Positions 8,953 through 19,849 of a DNA stretch of 64,000 nt are shown here, piece by piece. The notes below the pieces were generated by a model. The model searched no databases. It saw nothing but the letters and a program-made list of their open reading frames with translations, and was not told where the DNA came from. The position numbers and the translations under genes are program-made. The stretch lies in the IMG/VR virus record IMGVR_UViG_3300021961_000021; one strand, given 5' to 3'. Source of the stretch: a virus. Numbering within the stretch: the first letter of the stretch is position 1; each line of letters starts with the position of its first letter.

Positions 8953-10570
8953 TGTCCTCTCCATAAATGTTTTCAAGAAGGTATTCGTAGTGAGTGGGAC
9001 ACTCACCACTCTCAACAAAATCATTCACTTCCTTCTGATACTCTAGGTGAGCATTTTCAAGAAATACTATTTCATCTGGATCTCTGGTATCAATCCAATC
9101 TGTCCCAAGCATCATACCCATACCAGCAGCAATGTAGTTCATACCATTCATATTAACATCCATCTTTTGATCCAGGTCCAGTGAAGAACCCAATCTTTCA
9201 TAGTTGTCATTGATACGAACAAAACCATCCATTTGTTCACTAACATACTCATTACGTTGAGTACACCAGCGCCAGTAGGGATTATCAGTACGCATAGACA
9301 GTGCATAGTGCATTGCCACAAACTTACTGAAACCAATTACTTCACGTTGTGCTGCATAGTTAAACCAATTACGCTCAATACGAGTTACATAACCTTTGCG
9401 TCTATTAAGGATATCTACGAGTCTAAGGATATTCTCGTGAGTTGTCAACAATCCAGTGGACTCCAATGGTTCAACAAAACCATAAGATAGACCGATACCA
9501 ACTACATTCAGGTTCCACGCTTTCTCGTGATAACCGTGCTTAATATCCAATTTACCAACAGTATATTCTCCAGGTTGAACGTTGAATTTCTTTTCAATCC
9601 ACTGCTCAAACTCTGGTTCAACTTCAGATTCCATAGCAAATCGTGAAGACCAACAGTAACCAACACCAATACGATTCCAGAGAGGAATAGTCCACATCCA
9701 ACCATTAGATGCTGCTTCACAGTCAGTGACGTTGTGCATCAGTCGCTCACGATCTTCTTGAGATTTATAGGGAATACGAGCAAACAGTGCTTTATTATTT
9801 GCCAGATCATCAAATGGAATGAATCTTGTTCCTAACTGACCTTCAAGAAGAACACTTGCAAATCCACTACAATCAATGAAAAGATCACCAATCACACCGA
9901 TTGTACGATTGTCTTCGACTAAGCGAACAGCGAGTTGTTTGATCTCACGATTAGATTCTGCAGGAGAACCACCAGCGGTTACATCCTTAACCATACCACG
10001 AACTTCACCCACAACGTGAGTAAATCGACCTTCATACTTATAGCAAACGTTATCACGCAGATACTCACCGAAGAGAGTAGCATCCATATGATACGCTACA
10101 TCAGTTTTCCAGTTAAAGTTACGCCATCTACCATCACGATTATCCCACTGCTTGTTGTGCTTCACCAGAGCACAGTTCTCTTTATTGAAGAACTCAGCAA
10201 ATGTCTCAGGGGGATACTTATCTGGATCATTCTTGGCAAGATCAAACCAATCACCAATACCCCTAAGAGTATTAGTATAGTCAAATACACCAAATGGATA
10301 TTGGAAAACGCTATCGATTTCTCGGAAATTTGTAAATTGAATGCTATTTTTATAGGTAGCATTGCAGGCAGGCATCCAGTCTTTATCTTCAAGACCAAGT
10401 GCACTCAGATAATTATTAAAATGCCCAAGTGTAGACTCACCCACACCAACTGTAGGTTTGTCACTTTCAACCAATACAACATTGATCCAAGGACATAGTT
10501 TAAGCAATGCAGCAGCGGTCATCCATCCAGATGAACCTCCACCAACAATAACAACATTTTCAACCTTCAT
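8930..10570 (-). CDS. flavin-dependent halogenase (tryptophan halogenase/PrnA family)
   Basis: GGGSSGW FAD motif, ATYK catalytic Lys, GWMWTIP, FVEPLESTG. Confidence 0.9.
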   Translation of the reverse strand: MKVENVVIVGGGSSGWMTAAALLKLCPWINVVLVESDKPTVGVGESTLGHFNNYLSALGLEDKDWMPACNATYKNSIQFTNFREIDSVFQYPFGVFDYTNTLRGIGDWFDLAKNDPDKYPPETFAEFFNKENCALVKHNKQWDNRDGRWRNFNWKTDVAYHMDATLFGEYLRDNVCYKYEGRFTHVVGEVRGMVKDVTAGGSPAESNREIKQLAVRLVEDNRTIGVIGDLFIDCSGFASVLLEGQLGTRFIPFDDLANNKALFARIPYKSQEDRERLMHNVTDCEAASNGWMWTIPLWNRIGVGYCWSSRFAMESEVEPEFEQWIEKKFNVQPGEYTVGKLDIKHGYHEKAWNLNVVGIGLSYGFVEPLESTGLLTTHENILRLVDILNRRKGYVTRIERNWFNYAAQREVIGFSKFVAMHYALSMRTDNPYWRWCTQRNEYVSEQMDGFVRINDNYERLGSSLDLDQKMDVNMNGMNYIAAGMGMMLGTDWIDTRDPDEIVFLENAHLEYQKEVNDFVESGECPTHYEYLLENIYGEDNVREELI

Positions 10571-10572
10571 AG

Positions 10573-12057
10573 TTACTCCTCTTGTCCTTTATATAGGTGG
10601 TCTTTGTAGTATTGAGTAGTTCGGGGATACGAACTTAGGTCTTTTGGTCGAAGTCTATCAGATATTTGCACTGAACAATCAGACACAGGATAACCATCCC
10701 TGAGAGACAATTCTTTATATCTCTCTGGCATCATATCATATTCATATCCACCCAGCAAGTATGCCATACCGTGTGCAATTACATCCAATCTATGCATTTC
10801 TGTCCAATCAAGAGTGAATGTATTTGGAAATTCCCCAAGGAAGTCAAGTTGGTTATATTCCTTCCAGAATGGAGTATCAGTACGATTACCCATAACATAA
10901 TGCTTCACAACAAAATCACGGAAAGAAGTGAATCTTTCTTTCACTGAATGATTAAATGCTGTCCTAAGATGCCCATTCCAGAATTTCTGACTTGTAGGAA
11001 GAACCTGAATAAGTTTAAACAAGAATTCGTGAACTGAGAACAATCCACCCGATTCAAGGGGTTCGATAAATCCTGCAGAAAGACCAATTCCTACAACGTT
11101 ATGCTTCCATACTTCCTTTCTGATGCCCGTTGGCCATTTCAACAGGCGAAAGTTCTCGTCTGGTTCATCCTCAGCACCAAGAAATGCCTTGAATTCTTTT
11201 AGTGCATCCTCATCTGAGATGTGCCTATCACAGAAGTTATATCCTGTGCCAATTCTACTGTAAGTAGGAACTGTCCACACCCAACCTGCACTCAATCCAG
11301 TACAGTTAGTGTATGCCATCAGTTCACGATCTCTATCTTTATACTGTCTGCGAATTGCCCAAGTAGAATTATTGAACAATACTTTGCTCCAGTCTTCCCA
11401 TTCTGAGTGTACTTTGTTCAACAACAAGGCACGGAATCCTGTGCAATCTATGTACAGATCAGCAGTAATGAACCTGCCACTATCCCCAAGATAAAGTCGA
11501 TCAATTCCGTCCACGCTGACATCAATATCAGTAACCGTCTCTTGAATATGTTCAATTCCTCTAGGGATGGCATAATGGTCTCTAAGATAATTTGCAAATC
11601 TAACAGCATCTAGATGATATCCACAATCCTTATCAAGGAATGGTGGATACAATCTACCACACTCAATTGGATCAATAGCGTCAGAAAAGACACGGCAAAA
11701 TGTCATACTATTCACGTCGTGATCTCTTCTCCAGTTGAAGTAATCATTCAAAGGAAGAACAACACCAGAAGGTCCAAACGGATAATGAAAAGGACCATTC
11801 TCGTTGAAGTTTACAAATCTAACGGAATGTTTGTATGTTGCATCACACGCAGGCATCCAGTCTTCATCTTTAAGACCCAGATACTTTATGAATTCGTTAA
11901 AAAACTGAGTAGTGGACTCCCCCACTCCAATGGTAGGTACATTGGGAGATTCCACTACTGTGATTTTTTTGGTATTACCAAAGTGTTTTGACAGAACAGA
12001 TGCTGTCATCCACCCTGCACTGCCACCACCGACAATGCAGATATGATCTAGTTTCAT
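10573..12057 (-). CDS. flavin-dependent halogenase (tryptophan halogenase/PrnA family)
   Basis: GGGSAGW, ATYK, GWVWTVP, FIEPLESGG. Confidence 0.9.
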   Translation of the reverse strand: MKLDHICIVGGGSAGWMTASVLSKHFGNTKKITVVESPNVPTIGVGESTTQFFNEFIKYLGLKDEDWMPACDATYKHSVRFVNFNENGPFHYPFGPSGVVLPLNDYFNWRRDHDVNSMTFCRVFSDAIDPIECGRLYPPFLDKDCGYHLDAVRFANYLRDHYAIPRGIEHIQETVTDIDVSVDGIDRLYLGDSGRFITADLYIDCTGFRALLLNKVHSEWEDWSKVLFNNSTWAIRRQYKDRDRELMAYTNCTGLSAGWVWTVPTYSRIGTGYNFCDRHISDEDALKEFKAFLGAEDEPDENFRLLKWPTGIRKEVWKHNVVGIGLSAGFIEPLESGGLFSVHEFLFKLIQVLPTSQKFWNGHLRTAFNHSVKERFTSFRDFVVKHYVMGNRTDTPFWKEYNQLDFLGEFPNTFTLDWTEMHRLDVIAHGMAYLLGGYEYDMMPERYKELSLRDGYPVSDCSVQISDRLRPKDLSSYPRTTQYYKDHLYKGQEE

Positions 12058-12060
12058 AAA

Positions 12061-12585
12061 TCAGATTTCAGGTTCTTCGTAAGTACGACCCCAGTTGCTA
12101 TAACGTTCCCAGCAAGGAAGATCTTGTTGAGACAGTTTGCAAGGACGATGTTTGCCAGGTTCAGCAGCATCAGACATAAACAAAGCAATTTCTTCCTCTG
12201 TCATTGTGGGATCCATCACTTCTTCAACTGAAGAAGGACGAACAGTATTCTCTTTTACTGCTTTGATATGATTATACCACAAAGCATCAGCAGCGCCAAG
12301 ATCTCTACCAGCAGCGATATCTTGGAACAGCATATCAAGTTGCTGACCAATTTCGCCGTATGCTACACGACGAATTGTTGCAGGATCACCATAGACATCA
12401 TCGCGCTTGATCCATACCATATCCTGAGCAGAAGGAGACCACTCAAGAGTCCAGGTTTTAGTGATATCATCGGGTGCATTTACCCACATCTGTGAGCAAC
12501 CACGTCCAAGAAATAAAGTATATTCTTCGCCAGGTTCTACGATGTCCGCAACGTAACCTGTGAAATCCATCAATGCTTTTTTCAT
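12061..12585 (-). CDS. hypothetical protein, likely tail-fibre associated
   Basis: ORF track; directly downstream of the Gly-rich fibre gene. Confidence 0.7.
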   Translation of the reverse strand: MKKALMDFTGYVADIVEPGEEYTLFLGRGCSQMWVNAPDDITKTWTLEWSPSAQDMVWIKRDDVYGDPATIRRVAYGEIGQQLDMLFQDIAAGRDLGAADALWYNHIKAVKENTVRPSSVEEVMDPTMTEEEIALFMSDAAEPGKHRPCKLSQQDLPCWERYSNWGRTYEEPEI

Positions 12586-12595
12586 TTAATTTACC

Positions 12596-13396
12596 TCACT
12601 TATAGTTGATAACACAGACCACACCATACTTGCCGTTAGAACCACGGAAAGAGTGGAAGTGACCACCAGAACCACCAGAACCATATGCCGAGTGATCTTG
12701 GTGATTGTGGGAGAAGTTGCCACCATTGGGCCAACCACCCGAAACTGCACCGCCAAAGTGAGAAGAACCACCAACACCACCGCCACCGCCGTGGTGAGAT
12801 TGTCCGCCACCACCCCATACGTTCAGGTCACCGCCAGAACCATTTCTGCCGAGACCACCAGAGTGTTGATTGTTTCTGTTAGCACCGTGTCCACCACCTG
12901 CAGACAGATAAGGACCGAAAGATGATGTACCACCATCACCACCGTGACCAAAGTACCAAGTACCACCGCCACCACCACCAACAGTGATGCTCACGGATGA
13001 GATGTTAGCAACGTTAATTACTCGTTCAGAGTAACCACCAGCAGCACCAGATTCACCGTGACCCGATGCGCCACCGCCACCACCTTGGACACGAACGTGG
13101 ATATATTTCACACCAGAAGGACGGTTCCAAGTGCCGTTACCCGTCCAAACTTGCAGAGATTGAATATTCTCAGAGGTAACCGATGCCCAAGACATCGAGG
13201 AACCATTGTTTGTGAGAAACTTACCACTTTGACCAGAAACGGACGGAACAATCTGACCCGAAGAACCAGACATCGTACCGTTAATGGTGATGTTGCTAAC
13301 AGTCAGATTCCCGTTAGCAGTAATATTGCCTGATGCAAGTGAAAAACCACCAATGCCAGACAGGTCTCTAATAGATGCAACTTTTAGTGTACTCAT
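12596..13396 (-). CDS. glycine-rich tail-fibre-like virion protein
   Basis: GKFLTNNGSSMSW linker, WNRPSGVKYIHVRVQGGGGG Gly-rich domain; late promoter upstream. Confidence 0.75.
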   Translation of the reverse strand: MSTLKVASIRDLSGIGGFSLASGNITANGNLTVSNITINGTMSGSSGQIVPSVSGQSGKFLTNNGSSMSWASVTSENIQSLQVWTGNGTWNRPSGVKYIHVRVQGGGGGASGHGESGAAGGYSERVINVANISSVSITVGGGGGGTWYFGHGGDGGTSSFGPYLSAGGGHGANRNNQHSGGLGRNGSGGDLNVWGGGGQSHHGGGGGVGGSSHFGGAVSGGWPNGGNFSHNHQDHSAYGSGGSGGHFHSFRGSNGKYGVVCVINYK

Positions 13397-13421
13397 TTTG
13401 CCTGCGAAATTTTCCTAGAGT

Positions 13422-13429
13422 TATTTATA
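13422..13429 (-). promoter_or_regulatory. T4-type late promoter TATAAATA
   Basis: Exact motif 26 nt upstream of the 13396 start. Confidence 0.75.
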
Positions 13430-13440
13430 AGTTAGAAGGA

Positions 13441-14289
13441 TCAGGAGAAGTTCTGTCTTTCAATCATCACAGTGATTGGTGCTGTTCCAAGGGTTTGGTT
13501 AACAATACTAACTTCACAACGTTGAATTAAACCACTAGCACCACTACCACCATCACGATAGTAAACATTGCAACTCTGTCCATTTACAGTCCACCCAGTA
13601 GGTGTACCAGTTCCACCATCAAATCTAGTATAAACGATAAAACGTGCTACTGAACCACCATCAAGGGGAACATTTGTTAGGTTGATTGTATAGTTACCAC
13701 CACCATCTTTGTTTACCCAAATCTGACCACCACGATTCCAGTCGTGGTTTACAGTTCCACTTGACTGATAGTAATAAATGTGTTCTTTAATACCACTATG
13801 AGCAAGCGTACCTGTAAATGTACCGTGACCAGACTCAATATCAACGAAGTGAGCATACGAAAGATCGTCGTCACCCATAATCATCCAGGTGGCATTATTC
13901 TCAATGGTAACAGTGTAACCATTTTGAATTTCCAGGGGACCAGCAGAGAAACCGTTGGTAAACTCCACACCACCATTAAATACAGGTCCAATAGTGATGT
14001 TTTCACTGATAGCAGTACCATTAGTACGAATGATAGAATCTTCGCCCAAAGAAGGACCACCGCCACCAACATCATCCCAACCAGGGTTACCCGCTTGAGC
14101 ATCTTGCAGGTAAATCTGTGCCATATCTTCAGTGGTGTTATATACCACCGTTCCATAGGCAGGTGTACCCAGAGCGTTAATCTGAGTTTGGTTCAGAGAT
14201 GGAAGATTGAGTTGTTCGGAGATAGACCAGGCAGTAACCAAACCTCTGGTCGCTGCCTGTATCTGATTACCATTAATCTTAGTTGCCAT
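13441..14289 (-). CDS. virion structural/tail-fibre-associated protein
   Basis: GTVVYNTTEDMAQIY fibre motif; CTAAATA upstream at 14312-14318. Confidence 0.7.
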   Translation of the reverse strand: MATKINGNQIQAATRGLVTAWSISEQLNLPSLNQTQINALGTPAYGTVVYNTTEDMAQIYLQDAQAGNPGWDDVGGGGPSLGEDSIIRTNGTAISENITIGPVFNGGVEFTNGFSAGPLEIQNGYTVTIENNATWMIMGDDDLSYAHFVDIESGHGTFTGTLAHSGIKEHIYYYQSSGTVNHDWNRGGQIWVNKDGGGNYTINLTNVPLDGGSVARFIVYTRFDGGTGTPTGWTVNGQSCNVYYRDGGSGASGLIQRCEVSIVNQTLGTAPITVMIERQNFS

Positions 14290-14314
14290 TTGCCCCTAGT
14301 TCCTGTACTACTAT

Positions 14315-17300
14315 TTAGATGACGAGTTCACGAATATGAATCACGTCATTAGTTGACGGAGGTGTACTAATACTGAAATCAACAGCATTACCACTTACCG
14401 TATAGTCAACTCCAGGAATTTGAGCAACACCGTTCAAGAATACCATCACAGAATATGCAGTGTGCCCAGAAGAAATAGCAAATGATGATGTAGAACCATT
14501 ACCATTATATGTTACGCCATTATTACCATTGGCAATACCCGTTGCCAATCTGTATTTATCAGCACAACCATACTTACCAGAGACATCAATATCTCCATTA
14601 AAATATGTATTACCGCTGATCTTCAGGCGATTATTGGCATCAGGTGCCATACCAATACCATAGTTGGTAGTGCCACCAAATCTACGAGAGGTAATAGAAG
14701 CAGTGTCAGTCAGACCCCACTTATACCAAGTACCTGCCTCATAAATCCAACCAAGTGCATCACCAGCAGTCCAGTCTACATTATAGATGATGTCACCATC
14801 ATTAAATGCCAGACCAGGATCAACTTGAGGTTGACCAGATCCATCGTCTTCTGCTAGGAATGTTTGTCTGAGAACTGTACCATCATCGTTAGAGTATGTA
14901 AGTCTCAGTGTCTGAATGTTCTCTTGTGAAGTGATCCTCTTCTGGAATGTAACAGGACCAGAGAATACAGATTCCAACTGGTTAGATGCACCACCGATAA
15001 CGGTCAGTTTGTCGGTAAGAACGATCTCAGAGAATGTCTGAATTGTAGTATTCTCTTCACCAATAACGTTCAGTTGTGCAATATCCTCGTTAGTGATCTG
15101 ACCAGTAATCGGGTTGATAACTTGGTTACCAACGTACAGTTCACCATCAGAGTTAACACCAGAGTAGTAAGCAACACCTGCTGCTTCTTTCAGTGACTGT
15201 GACAGTCTAACCTGATCTGGTGACAGAACTTCTACCTGAGTAGAGGGGAATGCAGTTGAGTAGTTACCAGGACCGAAACCAAGGTACTCAAATGTGTGAC
15301 CAGATGCACGAAGAATTGAATAACGTCTCAGTTCTGCAAGAATGGGTGCAACAGAGTTATCAGCATTCAGTTTCAGAGGAATCTTACGCTCTTCTTCATC
15401 ACCAAGTCTTGAAGTAACAACAATACCATTCAATGTGTTAGAGGTTGTGTTGTAACCCAGGTTATTTTCCTGCTCAAGAAGGAAGAACTGTGCAGTTTCC
15501 TTTGTGATTGAGAGTTGAGTATCCTCATTAGGTGTAGGAGATGCACCATCGGTTGTGGTTACATCACCGATGATCTCGTTAGATGCAATTGAAATTGCAG
15601 GACCAGGATCAGAATTCGGATTATCCCTATCAAATGCAGGATATACATCCACAGCATTCTGAGAGAACTCAAAGTCATTAAAGTTTGACGTTGAGGGAGA
15701 GACTGATGCGTTCAGAACTGACAGATAATAGATACCATCAGCAACACCACGCTCAAATGTCTGATACGTCTCAACTTCATAGATGTAATATGTTCTATCG
15801 TATGCAGGAGAGTTCGTTTCAGATGATCTTGGTTGAATCACGAAACCAGTAATAGGTTCACGAGGAATCGGGAATGCATCCTTATCCAGTACATAACGGA
15901 AACGATAGATTCTATCCTTCAGGTCACGAGCATCGGGCACACGACGGATAAAGGTTGTAGGTGTGAATCCAAGGTTGTTATACTGACTGTTTGCAATCAG
16001 AGTAGTATAGATATCATTATTGGCAGAATCTACCTGTAGATACCAGTTACTTCTGACAGAATCCCACTTGATCGGGCTAGCATCATCACCAGGAGATGTG
16101 CCTGTTACTTCTGGACCAGCAGGATCAATCTTAGCGGTATGAGTTGTAGGATTAGTTGCACCAGCAGCGATCAACAAAACCTGAACCTTGTCAGGAAGTG
16201 TGGGAGAATCTCTCCTTGCACCAATAGTATAACCCTGAATCTTGCTGGGAGGTTTAGCGTTCTCGTTTGTGTAACCGTACAGATACAGTTTAGTAGGATC
16301 TGATGCTGCTTTAATCTTCTGAATATCGAGTGTCACCCAGTTAATAGAAACTTCAGCGACATCAGCAAGAGATTTGGGCGGAATAACGTGAGTGATCTGA
16401 CCCGCTTTGTCTTTAGTAAATGCTGCAGACTTAAACCCTTTCGATCTTAGTGATGTATTACCGAAATTGGAGTTTGAGTTAGTAATAGATAGGTCACCAC
16501 CACTATCAGAGAAGAAGTGATCACCGAAACCCACGGCAAACACCGAAACCACCTGAATAAACGCATCATTTGATGCTTTAATGTGGACGTGACGCCACCC
16601 CTTTCTGTATTTTGCAAGACCATCGATGTGTGCTCCACTACCTGCTGCTTGTGCTTCATAGTTACCTGTTGAAGCATTATACTTTACAAATGCACGGTCA
16701 TCTTTTTGCAGTGAAATGCCAGTAAACTGTGCAACAACCATTGATTTGAAACCAGTTGATTGTGCACCATCAGCGTGCATACCGTTGATACCCCACACAG
16801 AGCGGAGTGAACAGTTGAACACATAGGGAGATGCCGAGTCAACAGTATCAATCTCAACCTTAACCAGAACGTTAGAACCAATCGCGTTTCCTGTTGGTTC
16901 AGATGACATCTGATAGGTGAACTGGTTACCCTGAGCAGATGTTACCAGGAAGGATCCGTTATATAGATTCGCATCTGCCTCAGTAGGACCCGTGACGCCT
17001 GAGATGTTGACGGCGACCCCGACAGAGAAACCGTGATTAACAGGGTTATCCTGAATATCGACAGTAAATGCTGTTGCCGTTTGTCCATTGCGAATAATTT
17101 GAGATACTCGGAATTCGTCGGAAATCGGACCAACAATACGGTTTTCTTCAACCCTTGCTTGCAGTTGGTCTTGAGCGACAGTACCAGAAGTATCGGGAAT
17201 TGTAGCGTATGCCTTTGAAATCTTCTGATAATAAAGATCTAGGTCTGTAGCATTAGCATATTCAAAACAAGTAATCTTGTGATGAGAGAAGTTTGGTGCA

Positions 17301-17890
17301 ATCGTATCTGTCAGTTCAGGGCGATAGTACACACCATTGTTGTCACCATCAAAGAATGACATCTGCCAGAAATAGCAACCACCAGTCAGTCTGAAGATTG
17401 CTGAAGTTCCAGGTTCATTAGCAGCAGTGATGCCAAGTGATGCCTGAGTTGTAGGATAAGGAACATACTTCGGAATGATCTTGGTTCTACGAAGGTCAGA
17501 ACCAACAACAGAAACACCTCTGGGGCAAATTACACCACCGTTAACAGAGTTGAATTTGTATAGAACATTATTAGCGGAAGTCAGATCGAAGTTTGTGTTT
17601 TCATCAAAAGGTGTAATTTCACCATATTCAGATGTGCCAGGTCTGTTATCAATAACATATTCTGACGGATACAAATAAATCGAGAAGGCATCAAACTCGT
17701 CGTTTGAAAGACCTACTCGATACGAAAATCTAGCAACTTCAAGAAAGGCACGTTGCAACGTCTTAAATGGACGCAACGCTGAGTTACCTCTATTATCGTA
17801 TGCGTCCGATGAATCGAAATCATCAGGGTTCACATAGATAATGCGACCCGTTCTGGACGTGATGATATTCTTAAGACGAGTTAGTGCCAT
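14315..17890 (-). CDS. large cyanomyovirus virion structural protein (1191 aa)
   Basis: IIYVNP...GNSALRPFKTLQRA N-terminus, C-terminal VFLNGVAQIPGVDYTV repeat; CTAAATA at 17917-17923. Confidence 0.8.
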   Translation of the reverse strand: MALTRLKNIITSRTGRIIYVNPDDFDSSDAYDNRGNSALRPFKTLQRAFLEVARFSYRVGLSNDEFDAFSIYLYPSEYVIDNRPGTSEYGEITPFDENTNFDLTSANNVLYKFNSVNGGVICPRGVSVVGSDLRRTKIIPKYVPYPTTQASLGITAANEPGTSAIFRLTGGCYFWQMSFFDGDNNGVYYRPELTDTIAPNFSHHKITCFEYANATDLDLYYQKISKAYATIPDTSGTVAQDQLQARVEENRIVGPISDEFRVSQIIRNGQTATAFTVDIQDNPVNHGFSVGVAVNISGVTGPTEADANLYNGSFLVTSAQGNQFTYQMSSEPTGNAIGSNVLVKVEIDTVDSASPYVFNCSLRSVWGINGMHADGAQSTGFKSMVVAQFTGISLQKDDRAFVKYNASTGNYEAQAAGSGAHIDGLAKYRKGWRHVHIKASNDAFIQVVSVFAVGFGDHFFSDSGGDLSITNSNSNFGNTSLRSKGFKSAAFTKDKAGQITHVIPPKSLADVAEVSINWVTLDIQKIKAASDPTKLYLYGYTNENAKPPSKIQGYTIGARRDSPTLPDKVQVLLIAAGATNPTTHTAKIDPAGPEVTGTSPGDDASPIKWDSVRSNWYLQVDSANNDIYTTLIANSQYNNLGFTPTTFIRRVPDARDLKDRIYRFRYVLDKDAFPIPREPITGFVIQPRSSETNSPAYDRTYYIYEVETYQTFERGVADGIYYLSVLNASVSPSTSNFNDFEFSQNAVDVYPAFDRDNPNSDPGPAISIASNEIIGDVTTTDGASPTPNEDTQLSITKETAQFFLLEQENNLGYNTTSNTLNGIVVTSRLGDEEERKIPLKLNADNSVAPILAELRRYSILRASGHTFEYLGFGPGNYSTAFPSTQVEVLSPDQVRLSQSLKEAAGVAYYSGVNSDGELYVGNQVINPITGQITNEDIAQLNVIGEENTTIQTFSEIVLTDKLTVIGGASNQLESVFSGPVTFQKRITSQENIQTLRLTYSNDDGTVLRQTFLAEDDGSGQPQVDPGLAFNDGDIIYNVDWTAGDALGWIYEAGTWYKWGLTDTASITSRRFGGTTNYGIGMAPDANNRLKISGNTYFNGDIDVSGKYGCADKYRLATGIANGNNGVTYNGNGSTSSFAISSGHTAYSVMVFLNGVAQIPGVDYTVSGNAVDFSISTPPSTNDVIHIRELVI

Positions 17891-17937
17891 TTAACTTCGG
17901 ATTCCTCTTCTATTGCTATTTAGGTATGCTGTCAGTA

Positions 17938-19842
17938 TTAGGGGTTGGGAACACCACCACCACCGCCAACTCCAGTGCCAGCAGCAAGAGCAGGTCGGTA
18001 ATCAACAAAGGTATAATCACCAACGGTGTTCTCAAATCCATTCACTTGGAATGTAACATCTGCAGTTGAAGCATAAACAACCAAGTGAGAAGCAGGACCA
18101 ACTACAATTCCACTGTGCACATTTGTAGCGCCAGCATCAAGTGCAACATCATAATAAATGTAATCATCGTTATTAAGATCCTCGGGATCTGTCACACTGC
18201 TCACTGTTGCGACTACTCTTGTGGATCCAGCAACAGGAGGACTATCGGGGAACTCATCAGTAGCGACAAATGGAATGCTACCACCAAGAGATACTTTCAG
18301 TACACCACCTGTACTATCCCAAGCACTAACATAACCAAATGCTCCAGGAGTAACAGTACCGACAGTTTGAGATGCAGTACCAATCAGGAATGTATTGGCA
18401 GTTGCAGGAGTACCGACAACATCATAAACATAAATCTGTTCAAATGTGGGGTCTGGGTTGATATCAATGGACGCTGAATATCCAGTAACACCCTCAGCAT
18501 AATAGAACAGAGGATCTGGAGTATTAGCAGTAATATCAATTTCGATATAAGCACCTGCTACACCAGGAGTACCGACTTTAGTTACACCAGTCGTAAATTC
18601 TGTACCAGGAGTGGGATTAGCACCAGTACCTTCAAGGACATCAGAGAATCTAAATGGAAGACCTGTGTTAGAGGCATCGGCAAGAAGGAAACGATAGGTT
18701 CTATCAACATCCAGAGAGAACGCTGCAGGATCTTGAACGATTTCTTCACCAATAACTGATCCCCAAATGAATCTATCGGTAAAGATTATGTCACCTGCAC
18801 CAGAAATCTGGAGGTCAACGCTAGCAGTTGCACCAGCGACAGACTCACCACTAGCAAACCAATATGCAAATGACTGAGTAGCAAGAGTCAACGGTGTAAC
18901 AGTTGAAGCATCAGCGTGTTGAGCATCAACAGTACCAAACTCACCACGAGTAACAGTCAGATCATTACCATTAACTACCGAAACCAACATAACTTCATTG
19001 TTGACTACGATATATTGACCAGAAATTACAACCGTACCATCTGTAACGGTAAGTGTTGTATCACCAGCAGCAAAGGGTGCACCTTCGTTAATTGTAGTGG
19101 TAGCAAGGGAAGGTGTATATACACCAACATATTGACCAGGAACTTGTGCCGCTGCGCTAGTTCCAAGAGAACCACGGGTTACAGTGACTGTTGCTCCACC
19201 AGTATTTGTGGGGGCATTATAGAATGCAACACTAGAAACAGTTGCGATCTCAGCATTTGCACCATTAGGGTCAAATACGACATAATCGTTCGCAGAGATA
19301 AGTTCACCGCTACTAAACGGAATTGCGGTTACACCAGCACCCATATCTGGCATTGAGATCTCAATGGAAGTATTACTAATACCACGGAATTCGCCAGAGA
19401 GCGCCGATAGCGTTGAAGTAATAGTTTCACCACCAACAAATGTGCCAGACAAAGTATTGTTATCAATACCAAGTCCACCAGTTCTTGCAACAACTACGTT
19501 GTATGTTGTAGTACCTGTGACACGATAAATGTCACCAATCTTTGCTTCAAAGTTACCCTGATCAGATGTCAATTGAAGACCAGGAGTTGCTGTTGAAGCA
19601 GTCAGACCAGGGTTAATTTCGATCAGATACTTACTGACGATGTTACCCCTTTCAAAGTCATAGGTGTTAGCATCAAGAGTCAACTCTTGAGTATAGTCCT
19701 TATGACCAATTCTGTAAGTACCAGCAGCACCACGATTTGCTACTTGCACCACAGTTGATGCAGTAGTGTCTACTGGAGTAGAGTATAAGACTGTATTTGT
19801 AGTTGCTGCTGGTGATGCAGCTGCGAGTCTACCTGCTGTCAT
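17938..19842 (-). CDS. virion structural protein (634 aa)
   Basis: Repeated LTVTRG..GT.AA motifs; Thr/Gly-rich; late gene block. Confidence 0.75.
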   Translation of the reverse strand: MTAGRLAAASPAATTNTVLYSTPVDTTASTVVQVANRGAAGTYRIGHKDYTQELTLDANTYDFERGNIVSKYLIEINPGLTASTATPGLQLTSDQGNFEAKIGDIYRVTGTTTYNVVVARTGGLGIDNNTLSGTFVGGETITSTLSALSGEFRGISNTSIEISMPDMGAGVTAIPFSSGELISANDYVVFDPNGANAEIATVSSVAFYNAPTNTGGATVTVTRGSLGTSAAAQVPGQYVGVYTPSLATTTINEGAPFAAGDTTLTVTDGTVVISGQYIVVNNEVMLVSVVNGNDLTVTRGEFGTVDAQHADASTVTPLTLATQSFAYWFASGESVAGATASVDLQISGAGDIIFTDRFIWGSVIGEEIVQDPAAFSLDVDRTYRFLLADASNTGLPFRFSDVLEGTGANPTPGTEFTTGVTKVGTPGVAGAYIEIDITANTPDPLFYYAEGVTGYSASIDINPDPTFEQIYVYDVVGTPATANTFLIGTASQTVGTVTPGAFGYVSAWDSTGGVLKVSLGGSIPFVATDEFPDSPPVAGSTRVVATVSSVTDPEDLNNDDYIYYDVALDAGATNVHSGIVVGPASHLVVYASTADVTFQVNGFENTVGDYTFVDYRPALAAGTGVGGGGGVPNP

Positions 19843-19849
19843 TTGTTAA

